From NCBI GenBank assembly GCA_022813865.1, contig JALDZX010000047.1, positions 1-64,000 on the forward strand: DNA of 64,000 bases. The letters are read 5' to 3'. The stretch comes from Xylographa opegraphella (lineage: Eukaryota). The position numbers and the translations under genes were made by a program. Positions within the stretch are counted from its first letter, which is position 1; each line of letters begins with the position of its first letter. Shown here one piece after another: positions 25,255 through 37,813 of this stretch. The notes below the pieces were generated by a model. It made no database searches and had not been told where the DNA came from. It was given only the letters and a program-made list of their open reading frames with translations.

Positions 25255-26312
25255 ATGGTTTTGCTTTCTTTCCCCTTTCCGTACGTGCTTTCGGTGGTGG
25301 GAATATGCATCCAAGTAAGGAAAGTGATTGCAGATGGACATAATTCACTTATTTCCCCGCAGGCCAGTGATGTCTTGCCGGTCGGACAGCCTCTCGCTAT
25401 CCAATGGCAACCGGGAACCCCAGGCCCCATCTCCATCCAGCTCGATGCCCCAACGGATGTCGGACATGAGAATATAACCCGTCAGGTTAAGAACTATACT
25501 CCTTACTTGAAATGCACATTGACTTTGGATTTGGCCATTGGCTACTTACCTTCTTCTCACTTTAGTTTCGTCACCAAACAATGGCCTTTATGTCGGGATA
25601 CCAGATCCAGTCCTCGCTGTGGACAATCAAGGCTAGGGTTATTTCTTGCAAATCTGCGATATCAACACTGACGACTGCACCTATACCTTTAATGGTAGAT
25701 TCTCCTTCGTCAACAACACCTTGGTAACTTCATCGTTATCATCCGCAGGGTGCGAAACAGCTGTCCGAGCAAACTTATATTCTCATTCTAAACAAGTGCT
25801 GATTTATTTCTAGTACAACAACCTCGCCTATTTCATCAAGTACGAGTACACTTCAAATTGCTTCTTCTGCCACAAGCACCGCTGCGACTAGCTCTTCAAT
25901 GCTACCTGTCTTACCAAGTACAAGCACGGTTCCAACTGGATTTTCGACGAGTACCTCTTCAACTACCATTTTGTCAACCACGAACTCAACATCTCTACCA
26001 AGCGTATCCCCGGATCTCCATAGTGACCTGTCAACCGGAGCACAGGTTGCTATAGGATTCGTGGTGTCCGTGGTTGTCACTGCAGCTCTTCTTGCGGGAG
26101 GATTCGTTATACTGAGAAGACGCAGAAAGCTACAAGTCGGAAAGAGAAGAACCCAAACCCCACAGGAGTCCTATAAAAAAGCAGAGCTATCGGGTGATGG
26201 CACAGAAACAGGGGTAAATGAAATGGATGGATCGGGGTCAAGAAATACATCTGAATTGCCAAGCAACGAGCTAAGTCACGAACTTGCGGTAGAGAATGAT
26301 GGGGTGAGATGA
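25255..26312 (+). CDS. Putative type I membrane protein (signal peptide, Kre9/Knh1-like N-terminal domain, Ser/Thr stalk, TM); best frame interrupted by TAG at 25634, possibly a pseudogene
   Basis: SP..SDVLPVGQPLAIQWQPGTPGPISIQL, S/T-rich stalk, TM LSTGAQVAIGFVVSVVVTAALLAGGFVIL followed by RRRRK, tail KAELSG..ELP. Confidence 0.55.
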
Positions 26313-26723
26313 TCGACGTCTGGACAGAAGAGCAGTAAAGTTTAATTTAATCAAAGAGATGAGCCGTTTCCATTCGTCGCCGCCGTACGATCCTGTAGTA
26401 TATTTCAACTAAGGAGTTGGGGTGAGAATCAAAGGTACACGTAGCAGTAGCTTCTAGAGGCTAATAGTCCTGCTGCAAGATTGTGTCCGAGTGTCTGTAG
26501 GCTATAGAGAAACCATAACATGAGTTGAATACACTGCTATAACAAAGGAGATTCTTCGTTCTATCATAGCGAGGTTTTTGACAGGGGCTCATTTGCTATT
26601 ACCCGCTAAAGCGGCCACCCCCGGGTAAGCTGAGGCTATTGCCAAGACTTTATTCCTCGAAAACGTCGTCCATATTCTGGCTCGAAGAGCCAGACCTGGA
26701 ATACAATCCTTCAAAACGTGTTC

Positions 26724-27684
26724 ATGGCCTTTCGCGCCGCCTCTGCCATCCCAGCACGGTGTGTTCTATCCCGTAAACTCTTACCGCGCTCATTTGCTCT
26801 CCGCCGCCTTTCCACCCTCCGCAATGTCCCTGCCCCATACCCCATCATCGACGTCTGCCCACGCCCCACCTGCGACTGCACGCCCACGCCGACTGGTCTC
26901 GACATCAACCACAAGCTCCCCATAGCAGGCACTAAGCCGCCCTACGCACAGCACATCGTGATCTGCACTGGGCGTGACGACTGGTCGTCCCGTATTGAAG
27001 ATGAGGAAGGCCCCAATCTTGCAAAGGAGCTCAAGGCTCTGCTAGGTCCCAAGGGGCAATTCCACGATGTTTGTCGCCTTCGTTGCATCATCAAGTCTGG
27101 CAACTAACATATTGTTCCAGCCCAACCGCCCCACCCTCATCACAAACGCCAGCCTCCCTCCTACCCCACCAAGCCGTGCGTCCGCGTACCTCTTTCCATC
27201 ATTCCAGCATGTCCCGCACATTGATCTGTCTCCCTCTGGCCTCTCGCACTTCGTCAACTCGAGTGTGCTAAATGACTCTCCCCAAAGCCTCCAACCGACG
27301 AGCACGCATGCCCTCACCGCGCCCATGGTTCTCATTTGCGGCCACGGCGGGCGCGATCAACGCTGCGGCATCCTGGGCCCGCTTCTGCAGGCCGAATTCC
27401 ATCGCGCCCTCGATAAGAATCGCTCGCAAAGCAACGTGGGAGCGCAAGTCACGCTGGTTAGCCACATCGGGGGCCATAAGTTTGCGGGCAACGTCATTGT
27501 GTACCTGCCTCCTGGGTTTTGCGTGGATGGCGAGGTGACCCCGCTTGCTGGGCAGGGCGTGTGGTATGGGCGGATGGAGCCGAGGCACGTCGAGGGAATA
27601 GTGGCGGAGACGGTGGGAAAGGGGAGGATAGTGAGCGAATTGGCGAGGGGATGGACGGAGTGGAAAGGTGAGGGACCTGGATGA
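26724..27684 (+). CDS. AIM32: Thioredoxin-like ferredoxin (sucrase/ferredoxin family), AIM32-like; intron 27069-27120
   Basis: Presequence, ICTGRDDWSSRIE, LICGHGGRDQRCG (CX8C), SHIGGHKFAGN (HX3H), WYGR. Confidence 0.85.
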
Positions 27685-29569
27685 TGATGAAGAAATGGTA
27701 AAGAAAGCAAGACAGTTGATCGGATTGGCTCGCACGTGATTGTGGATACGCGCAGGTGATGGTACAGGCGGTCGCCGTCAGCGACAACAACACCCCCGCC
27801 CCAATACTTTCCTGGAAATTCTGTCGTCTGGCCTGCGGGCTGGTATGATCACAGAAAGTGCACTCTGCCTCGGTGGCCGCAATGCTAAAAGGGATTGAGA
27901 CCTTGTAAAGGCTCTCTGCAACCCTACGAGTCTTAAGATATATTCACACGCGCCTTAAAGAGCAGCGTGTGGGCTGCTGAAAGCACGATGAACCAAATGC
28001 CGCCGGAAGCCATTCAGGTTCTATGCTGGACTGCGGCAACCAACAGCTTCACTTCCGTCCTCGACCGCACTGGGGCTTACCGCGATGAGGAGATAGTGGC
28101 GTCGAAAGCCGGAGCCGAGTTGACTATCTGGCTGGGTGGAATTTGGAGAAACCCTGATAATGAGACGGATTTCCTTCACGCGGAACCACGGTGCCAGATC
28201 CAAGGTATGAGCGGATGGTCGTGAGGATTTACAATTGTAGAGTTACAACCGGAACTACTTAGATGACTATAAACTAGAGTCAAGAGATATGCAAGTCGAA
28301 AAACAACCGCATAAACTCCTGACCTCTGCACACGATACTTTACGCGGGAGGATGGCTAGGAGAGATCGCGATGGATTTGCTGCACGGCGCCTCAGCTGCA
28401 GCTTAATTCGTTTAAGCTGTGAGGGACGGAAGATGAGTATTTGTGGGCTGCAACACGGCCAGGGAGGTGTCCACGCCTTCGCGGCGGCTTGGGAAAAGGA
28501 CATGGCCAATGCAGCACCTCAGTGGTTGTGCCGGCAAAGCTTGTGTACGAATCCTAACACAAGACAGAGATGTTTCATTGATCTGAGGACAAGGACCGTC
28601 GCCGGGTCGCCTAAGATATCCAAACGGACCTCTCTGGGAAATGATCATACGTAGCCAGTAGTCTCAGTTGCTGGTGTGATTGCAGCAAAAGCCTGAAGCG
28701 CGCATGAAAGTTTAGTCGGAAAGGACTGCACATATCGTACAACCTCTAGGACAGAAAAGGCACGAGCGAATATAGTGCATCAGGGGGCCGTCGACCATAC
28801 CATACATGAGGCAGTTGCTGCACATCCTCCGCTTCCTCCCGTATCAAAAGTCGAGTGCTATAGGAGAAAAGGAATTGAAATATTGCTTCACGGAACGAGA
28901 AACAGACAATATCTCTCGACAAAGTGTAGGTCCCACAACCAGAAAGGTGCTGCACAGTCACAACGTGATAAAACAAGAGCTCTTTTTACCGGTGGCGAGA
29001 GCCGCAAGAAGGTATTTTGGTAATACGTTAGGTGTGTACCAACATCCGGGGTGCAGATGGACTGAACGGTTTGCACACTCGTGCGAGTGGCAGCCATCCA
29101 ACTTCATAGTGGTGGTGTGTAAGCGGCAGCGCTGCTGTCACCAGCTCGGAAGCTGCAGCTCGCCTTTCTCTACTTCTGGTGGTGGGACCTCCGGCACGGT
29201 AGACATTACCAGCACACAGAATTCCAGATTTCGCGTTTGGAATAGGGACCACTGCTGTTGTTGTCGCTATCCGGAGGTGCCATTCCTCGAAACGTAGCTG
29301 TGTCATGTAGATTGGAGGCGTGCGGGTCAAGTTAGAACCTCGGCTCGTCAATGAGTAATAGCGAAGGTTGGATACCTGTACGAGGTCTAGGACAGCTTCA
29401 CCATTACGACGGAGTCGTAGCATGGCCTCTAGGATATGACCCAAGGATCCTGATCGCAGGAGATTGACTCCCAACTGGTAGAATCTGGCACGTCCCACCT
29501 GGGATCCATTTCTCCTATGGAAGATTAGAACGAGCACAGAGCGTGTTTATTCATGAAAGCGAGACCTCG

Positions 29570-29910
29570 TGTTACGATCCTGCCTCTCACTAGTATAGTT
29601 CGATTAGGGATCTGGGTTGGATTCGTCAATNNNNNNNNNNNNNNNNNNNNNNNNNNNNNNNNNNNNNNNNNNNNNNNNNNNNNNNNNNNNNNNNNGCTTC
29701 CCTTCACCACTAATCCCAACTGGTGGTAGCTTACCCGGTCAAGGTGAGAACCTTAACAACCAGACTGATTCCACCCATTCATTTCAACTATTATTTTATT
29801 TATTACAAAGACCCTCGAGCCCGAAGCAGCCTGCTTTATAATAAAAAAATTTTAATAAAAAATAAATTTATAATTACGTACTCGATTGCCAAATATAAAA
29901 AATAATAAAA
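29570..29910. mobile_element. Probable repeat/LTR remnant spanning an assembly gap, followed by a very AT-rich (RIP-like) tract
   Basis: TGTTA at 29570 and TAACA at 29754-29758 bracket the N gap; AT-rich run at 29780-29910; no matching TSD. Confidence 0.35.
29631..29695. other. Assembly gap (Ns)
   Basis: Run of N. Confidence 1.
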
Positions 29911-31441
29911 AGGGTGTTGACGCGAAGTACGCGAATTTACGCGATTTTCGATTAATTATCGCAAACTTCTGACGTGGTACTGTAGCAGGATCCGCCGAAG
30001 CTAATGGATCCCTGATTCCCTGAATGGCACAGAGGCTCCTATGCCGCCACGGCCGAGGCCCAATCTTCGAGGGAGCAAGAACCAATTGGTCGCTAATGTT
30101 CCGTTTCCAGGCCTGAGACTTCGATAGCGTGCCAATCTGGACAAAAGTTTCTTCGGTACAGGAAGGAACGTCATGTGATAGCTCGGTCAAGTTCTCGTCT
30201 CATGCTCAAACATAGGGGATTTTGTTGCCTTATCATCCCGCGCGGCACGGCACGAGGTAAATTCTCAGCGTGGTCGCAACGGGTCCCGAGCAGTACACCT
30301 ACAGCTTTGACGACTCCTCCAGACAACAGTGGTTGGTATCGAATTCTTCGAAAATGCCTGGACCAGTGCTCAATTCTGACGAAGGCAACATTGAGAGAAG
30401 GACCAACGTCAAGCCTGCCGTTTAAGGGATAGTGCATTCTATTCCACCCACCCGAGATTCAGGACGCTCGCTTAGTCCTATTAGACGGCAGTAGTCCTCT
30501 CAACGTAGCTTCCTACGCCCGAAGCCGCACCACTGACGGAACGCCGAAATTCTAAAGGAACGAAAAACCACGGAGTTGTGGGAGAACGGCTCCTTTAGGC
30601 GCAGCCCCTGTGGGATCCTTTGGGGTCCCCCAACCTGTGACGATGTCGGACGGAAGACCCCTCGGGCAAGTTTGTTGGCGATGTAGATATCGTCTAAATG
30701 TTACACGTGATTCATGGTTTCCACGTTCGCCGCTCGTCTGAAACCGACCGGGCATGTCTTCTACGAATGATTGGATCAGAGGTCAAAGCCAGTACCTGGT
30801 ACACGTCGATGCCCTAGCAGGATGGAAGCTCACTAAGTATCGAGAACGTACGGAGGTACGGTACGCGTGGAAAACGCAAGGTTCATGGAATCTGGCAACG
30901 GCAAGGAATAACGTTTTAAGCTTCAAAACAAAGGCAACCTTTTTCCTCCGTAACAGAAGAGTCTGGACGAGCCGCTGAGCCAAAGTAGCCGATCGCACTA
31001 CTGTACATTCTTCTACACGAAACAGCGGCCAGCAGGCGCCCGAGCGAGACACCCCGAACGTGGGAAAACGTCGCAGGATCAATCTCCGCGCCGGCCATTA
31101 CACCCCGCCCTCGCAGATTAGATTGCCCCGCGAGCCGAATTGTTTTACGCCGATGGGTCTGAAACGGCCAGGTTGTGGTGGAAGGATGGGATTCGTGGGT
31201 CGTAGAATTGAAGAGCATCGACACAACTGCACATAAAGTGTTCAGCGGTCAACGCTTTTTCGTTGACCATCGAGCAGGGTTTCTTCCTGGCAGGATCATA
31301 CATTCTTTTGGATAATTTGTCTTCGATTTTTCGATTGTCCTTTGAAGGCTACCACCGTTCATTTATCATTTCTTCACGTGTTTATACTGCTAGTAGCTGC
31401 GAACCCAATCCTGACGAGCTATAAAGCAATCCGCCACCACG

Positions 31442-32410
31442 ATGATTACATTCTCCACAGCCGTCCTCCTCTCCCTCATCTCATCCGCCGCTGCGATCTC
31501 CTACACCTCCACCTTCACCCAGTGCGTCTCCCTCCCTCCCTCCCTCTCTCCCTTCCGCGTCCCATCCCTACAAGCTGACTCCCCTCCGCAGATACGGAGC
31601 CGGTGACACTCGTTCCTCAGGCAATTGCAACACAGCCACCGCCGCATGCGGCTTCTACAGCTTCCCCGGCTACAACGCGGCCGCCTCGCAGAACCTCTTC
31701 GGCGTGGGCGACGGGCAAGGCGCCGGCCCGGGCTGCGGCCTTTGCTGGCAGCTGACGCCCGAGTTCCTCGACGACGGCGTGACTCAGATCGCAGGCGCGA
31801 ACGCCATCGTGGTCAAGGTCAACAACCTGTGCCCGGCGAACGGGAACGTGCTCTGCGCGCAGAATGACCTGTCCGGCCAGAGCCGGAACCAGTACAGTCA
31901 GTCCTTTCTTTCGTAGCCGGTATTGATAAACAAGTGGGTGAATTATCCGCTTACATCGGTCCCGAAAAAGACGCTACCGTCAACTTCGACCTGTGCATCG
32001 ACGACGGCGCCGCGGCGCAGCTCTTCGGCTCCAGCGGCACCGCCCTCGCCATCGGCACCGCCACCCAAGTTCCCTGCAGCGGCTGGTCTGGCAGCTTGGA
32101 CCTCACGAGCGGCACCAACTCTGCCATCACCGGGCCCCCACCCTCCAGCGGCGGCGGCGGCGACCCCAGTCCTCCACCCATAGATCCGGCGGCTCCGCTG
32201 AAAGCCGCCAAAGCCCCGGTCGCGCCGCCGACAACCCTGACGACCGTGTACGTGGCACCCTCGGCGCCTACCGACCCGGCGGCAGGAGCGGGCACGCAGA
32301 CCATGTATGGTCAGTGTGGGGGCCAGGGCTACTCCGGCCTAACGAACTGCGTCGCCAGCGCGACGTGTACGACGCAGAATCCGTATTATGCGCAGTGCAC
32401 GCCGACGTGA
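31442..32410 (+). CDS. Secreted GH45 subfamily B-like/expansin-like DPBB protein with C-terminal CBM1; introns 31522-31591 and 31897-31970
   Basis: Signal peptide; [43 protein letters not shown] linker; CBM1 [34 protein letters not shown]. Confidence 0.85.
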
Positions 32411-33436
32411 GTGCGTGGAGATCTGCGACAGGAAGGCATCGCGGGGTGTGGGTTTCGCGTGTATAGTGTGGGAGTCACCTGGTGCGGGGACCTTTTGGCT
32501 TCTCTTCATGTATATATTTGTCTGCCACATCACACTAGTATGACATTCAGGCCGTGTCCAACGAACCCGTCCTCGTTTCCAAGGATGATTCCTAAAGCTA
32601 TACATGGAAATACTTGCCTGCCCATCGAGCCAGCATGAAACCCCCCCGGTCCACCATACACAATGAGCCAGGACTCGACGCCCAGGACGCAGAATCCGCC
32701 CATCCATGCATGCAAGCCAAAGGACCGTTCAGCGCGCCGTAGCGAAGCAACGCATCAAACCGGGTCTCATACCGACGGAGTCCAAGCGCTCGACATGTCG
32801 TCTGCCTACGTGTCGACGTAATTACAATCGAACCGATGAGCCAAATTGCTGTATCACGCATTCTGCATTCGGCAGGTGGAAAAAACAGGGGTGTTCCGAG
32901 CCCGGCGTTGGAATCCGCGGCAGCGAGTATGCGGAGGGGGGGCTGAATGATTTGCGAGGCTGTGACGACGGCGATGGACGGCGTTCTAGGACTTTGTAAG
33001 ACTTTGTTGCTGGGTGGCCAGATCATCAACGTTCAGATCGAGGGTATATGCTCCACCAATAGGCGGATGATGAAAGCTGTGAAATATCCTCAGAGGCACA
33101 TGAACTTTTCCTGGCTCGTTTAAAAGCTCCAAGACATTTTGGGAGAGATATTCCATGAATATGAATAGTATGTCTTGGCCAAGAAATCTACACAATCTAG
33201 TGCCGCTACTCAAGCACAAAGCCAAGCAGAAAAGCTTCATCACGGACTTTAAAGCAGAAGTTAAATCAGGCAAGACAAAGGCAAAGCAAGGCAGGAACAG
33301 CAAATCATCTTCAGCCATTACCGCTCCCACCGCTCTAGGTCCCCAGTACCTTCTTCAAGAGTGCCCCAAAACTGACGTGTACGTGCCACGCCACCATCTA
33401 TCGTCTATCGCTCCCTCCTGCCAAAGCTCCCACTCT

Positions 33437-35422
33437 TCAAATGTACTTCAGCCTTTTAAACGCGATCACCGCTGCGATTGCCACGACGAGAATAACGCTC
33501 AGAATACCAAAGAACCACTGCAAGCCCAAACTGTCTTTCCCAGGCACCGGAACATTCATGCCGAACAGCCCGGAGATCATATTCAGCGGCACCAGCACCG
33601 TCGCAATGAGCGTGATCTTGCTGAGCACCTTATTGGCTCGATTGCCCTGCGCCATGTGATCCACACTCAACTGCGCCAGATAGTTTGAGTGACTGCGACT
33701 GAGCATCTTCTCGAAATGGCCGAGGTTGCTCATCATTGTGACGACGTGGTCCTGCACATCACCAAGGTAGAGCCCGATTTCCGACCGCGGGGTGACGCTG
33801 TGCTGCTCGTTGCAGCGTTTCGCAAAGCCTTTGATGACATCCGCCTTTCCGCCCAGGAGACGCATGAGAGACATAACTTTCTTACGGCACTCACCGATCT
33901 CCCGGAGGAGTGTGGTGAAATCTCCTTCGCGAGCGATAAAAACCTGGTCCTCGATCTGATCGGTTTCAAGCTCTATAGAACGGATGACCGGCCCGAAAGA
34001 GTCGACGATGTTGTCGATGAGTGCGTAGCAGATCCAGTCGGCGGTGAGGTTGATGTAATTACGGAGCTTACCGATACGCTTGCGAACATCGGTCGCGTGA
34101 GGGCTAGGCGCGAAGGTGAATGTAATAATGCCTTCACGGAAGACGACCATGTAAACGTTGACAGGCTCGAGGTAGTCATCGCTGGTTTTGTCCATTTGGT
34201 AGAAGGACCGGAAGCACACAAAGTAGTATTGCTTGAAAAGCTCGACCTTTTCACGGATTTCTTGGCGCTCGATATCCTCCGCAGTCAATCTGTGGATGCC
34301 GAAAGCTTTCTGAAACATTTCTAATTCCGCCTCGCACGGATTCATAACATCCAACCACCAGGCACCGCCCTCTTGAGGCAGGTGGAACAGTTCACGGAAA
34401 GACTCATCGTGCATGACAAGATCTCCCAGCTCTGGAGCGTGAATCGTATGTTCAATCTCAGATGAGAAGAAGCTGTATCGATTTGGCTCAGCCACGCTGA
34501 GTTTTCGGGCAACGCCAGGTCTTCCGTATCCTGCTCCAATTTTTTCATCGCAAATGGAATCAGATTCCCCGCCATCCATTCCCCCCGACTCAAAGTCTCG
34601 ATCCATTGGACCTGCAGGATATTTGACGATTTGAGGAATGCTTCGCTGTGATGGATGCTGGACAGCGATTACCTTGCCATTAGTGCCTTGTGAGCTGAAA
34701 CTATGTCGTTGTCGTGACTCGTCGGACTTCAAAGGTCGTCCGCGCCTCATGTTGGCGGCGAATTCCTCCAGTTCATCAAAATCGATCTCGAATCCCTTGG
34801 TAGGCTCTTCAGGTTGGGGAAAACAAACATCTTCCTCAGGTCGGTCACTGTCCACGACTGGCTCTGGTTGTCGAATACTCCCGTTGCTGAATGTTGGTCG
34901 CCGACGATGGGTTCCGCCTGATATAGTCCGATGCCGACTTAGGTCGAGGTCGGACGGAGCCTTGCTGCCGAAAGTGGCAGCCCGCTCACGGCGTCGAGAA
35001 TCAGCGAATGCATCAACCGAATTTGGCGGTGAAAGCGAGCGCTCCGATGGAGAGCGATCCCGAGCCCTGCCGAATTGCTCAATTGTATTATGCATTCGAC
35101 GCGATAAACCACGTTTCGGTAGCGGAGTGCCGCTGCCCGGTTCACATCCTCCGTTAGCATCAACGTTACTTTTATCGTCGTCTATGATGGCATGTTCAAA
35201 GTCCTTGGCAAAAACTGGCGTTTGGCGTAGAGACTCGTCAACGTGAAGCAATTCCGGAGCTCTTGCATCCATGCTGTTCACAGTTCCCCGACGGGTGGTT
35301 GTGTCACGACGAGAGCCTACGCCAACGGTGACTGAAGCAACTGGATACTGGTTCCGATGGTCATCGAGATCGGTCTCAGGAGTACTGAACCTCGTTTGCT
35401 CGGATCTGGATGGAGAATCCAT
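33437..35422 (-). CDS. ALR1: CorA-family Mg2+ transporter
   Basis: WWLDV, FGIHRLTAEDI..REKVELF, DWICYALIDNIVDSF, GLFGMNV, two C-terminal TMs. Confidence 0.93.
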   Translation of the reverse strand: MDSPSRSEQTRFSTPETDLDDHRNQYPVASVTVGVGSRRDTTTRRGTVNSMDARAPELLHVDESLRQTPVFAKDFEHAIIDDDKSNVDANGGCEPGSGTPLPKRGLSRRMHNTIEQFGRARDRSPSERSLSPPNSVDAFADSRRRERAATFGSKAPSDLDLSRHRTISGGTHRRRPTFSNGSIRQPEPVVDSDRPEEDVCFPQPEEPTKGFEIDFDELEEFAANMRRGRPLKSDESRQRHSFSSQGTNGKVIAVQHPSQRSIPQIVKYPAGPMDRDFESGGMDGGESDSICDEKIGAGYGRPGVARKLSVAEPNRYSFFSSEIEHTIHAPELGDLVMHDESFRELFHLPQEGGAWWLDVMNPCEAELEMFQKAFGIHRLTAEDIERQEIREKVELFKQYYFVCFRSFYQMDKTSDDYLEPVNVYMVVFREGIITFTFAPSPHATDVRKRIGKLRNYINLTADWICYALIDNIVDSFGPVIRSIELETDQIEDQVFIAREGDFTTLLREIGECRKKVMSLMRLLGGKADVIKGFAKRCNEQHSVTPRSEIGLYLGDVQDHVVTMMSNLGHFEKMLSRSHSNYLAQLSVDHMAQGNRANKVLSKITLIATVLVPLNMISGLFGMNVPVPGKDSLGLQWFFGILSVILVVAIAAVIAFKRLKYI

Positions 35423-36615
35423 TGCAGGGTGTCAATTGCAGAGTATCTGTATAATGTAATCTTAATGCTTATATCTAGTTATATGTCAGTCATTATGATC
35501 GTGCAACTTCCAGCCGAGCAGCATACGTATGGTAGTATTATGAAATTTACGGTATTGAGGGTCCGTCCCGAATGCACCTCCAGCGCTCGACGGCTAGCCA
35601 CCAGCTAGCACATATATCAAATTTAGCCCGCCAGCTTTACTGATAAAGTATACCACCTCTGTAGAGATAGTTCTGTCTGAAATCGAGTTTAGAATTGTTT
35701 GGTCCTGATTTTCTGTGCCAAAACCCAGTTATGGAGGCTGGAGGTCGCCTCCACACAGGACCCGGAACTTTGGACCCAGGAGTGGTCGGATGAAGGAGAA
35801 CTGGTGGAAGTGGAGTCCCGCCAACGTGGTGGTGTTGGAAACTGAAAGCTGAGGAGGCGCCAGACTTGGTGACTGTGCGAGATCAGGAGTGATGAAGACT
35901 CGAGCAGTCCTGTATATAACGGCAGCAGCGAGATATTGCTACTGCTTAGGTGTGTCGTTGATCAAGATGGATGATAGTTGGAATATGTGTTCGAGTAGGC
36001 GGCGATGTAGTTCTGTCAGGAAAGGAGGCGTCGTGCTACGTTTCCACCAGCAGGTGTAATGGGGAAAATAGTGTAGGAGAGAATGTGTGTCAATAATGGG
36101 GTGAGGTTACAATGCTCTAAGAGCTTGGATGACGCTAAGCTCCGAGAAATTGCCGCATTGAAAAAAGTTTCTCTTTGTGAAAAAGCGCCGGGCTGAATGG
36201 GCGCATCGCGGTAGCACGTGAAACCTACATCCCGTCCCGAGTCTTTGTGTGCGAGATGTCATCTTGATATGCTACAGGCCGGTCACAATTAAATATATGG
36301 CTACCTCCAAAAGATAAGTAAATGGCGCAGTGTAGATACACAATGCGCCGGGGAGAGAGGCATGCTGGTCAGAGCATGGGCCATGTGCAACTTCTATTGG
36401 AGCTTCTGCTTCGAGTACAGACCCAATTGCATAGCACTACCAGCCCAGTCTGCACGATTGCGTATGGAAGTCACAGCCCTCTCCAGCTTCCATCGTACTT
36501 GCGAATAGCAAGTCACAGCCGGCCAATGTTCGGCAGCAGCAGGCGCGCTGTTACAGAGGCCGCTGACAGACACATGACGCTGGCGACCGCAGTTCATTTC
36601 CGAACCGTCGACCCT

Positions 36616-37737
36616 TTAACTGTATCGTCGTGGTACACGATCCTCCCAGCTTCCGTGCCATCGCCAGCCCCTGGTGATTGATTCAAGCTTAGCCAGGGCT
36701 TGATTCACTTCTCCCCGTCCTTCGCGTTCCCTGCGTCCTTCGAGTTCGACGAAGAAGATATAATGCCAAGGAGTCAGGCGACTAGGCCGGCTGCCAATGC
36801 TGGTCAGGTTCAAGCTGTAAGTTTTGAAGACTTGCAGAGCATCTGCCAGTGCTCCTGGTGAATGATGGTCGATTGTGAAGTTGATAAGCGTCTTCCATCG
36901 GTGGATTTTCGTTTCGGGCTGGTTGCTGTCGTCTCCTATCGAGCTTTCATCACTTGACGCTCTACGTAGAATAAAGAAACGGGTAGTATTGTCGTCGCGG
37001 TCCTCGATTCTAGTGGCTAGAACATCTAGATCGTGTACTTGCGCTGCGACCTTGCTCGAAATGGCTGCTAGGGTGCCAGTGGTGTCTTTGGCTACTATCT
37101 CCGCGGCTTTGGACGTTGAAGATACTTCTTGACGCTCAACCCCTTTCAAATAGGTAGATAAGAAAGCTTCACATTGGCCGAACGCCTGTGGGTGCGAGTA
37201 AATACGCTTGACATGCCGTACACCTGTCAGCGGCTGCGTCTTAGGCTTTGGCGGACTCGGCGACTGGTGTGTCGGAGTTGCATCGCCTGGTAATAGGTCG
37301 TCCAGAGGCGGACAGTCAGACCGGTGTCCAAGTAGACAGTGGTGAACATCAAGATAGGCTTCACCGCAAACATAGACATTTGTAAACTGGGATTGGCGGT
37401 CTGCGAACAGATCCAACGTATAGACGACTGAGCCGTTGGTGGAGTTCTCAAAGGGTACGACACCATATGCTACTGCACCAGATTGCACTGCAGCAAAAAT
37501 ATCTCAAAGGAATGAGCATAAATATATTGTGGAGGTGGGGATGAAAAATGTACCTTGTATGTTTACTCGAGCCTCTAAGGCGAAAGATCTCTCACCAAAG
37601 TTCTCCAGAGCGGCCTTCATACACTGTGAGTGAATCGCTAAGTATCATCATTCCTTTGTCGCTCTTACCTGATGGGTGTAAGAAGATGGTGGCCCGAGGT
37701 AGGCAACAATACCCAGACCAAGGCCGAGTCCTTCCAT
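36616..37737 (-). CDS. PHA2: Prephenate dehydratase; two 5' introns
   Basis: Exon 1 VAYLGPPSSYTHQ; VVPFENSTNGSV, IYSHPQAFGQC, NTTRFFIL, ACT domain PGALADAL..NLTSIGSRPS. Confidence 0.95.
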
Positions 37738-37806
37738 CAGATCACCACCCGTTTACGGCCCAATTGTCTGCACACAATCAAACCCTTGCCACCCGTTTGC
37801 CTTGTC

Positions 37807-37813
37807 GAGTCAT
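37807..37813. promoter_or_regulatory. Candidate Gcn4/CpcA site about 70 bp upstream of PHA2
   Basis: GAGTCAT (ATGACTC on the gene strand); short motif. Confidence 0.35.

Noticed and set aside
27850..29540. Several 70-170 aa ORFs between AIM32 and the gap
   Set aside because: No family motifs or transposase/RT signature; decayed gene cannot be supported
37778..37813. 11-codon uORF upstream of PHA2
   Set aside because: TSS unknown; the ATG overlaps the candidate CpcA site and may not be transcribed
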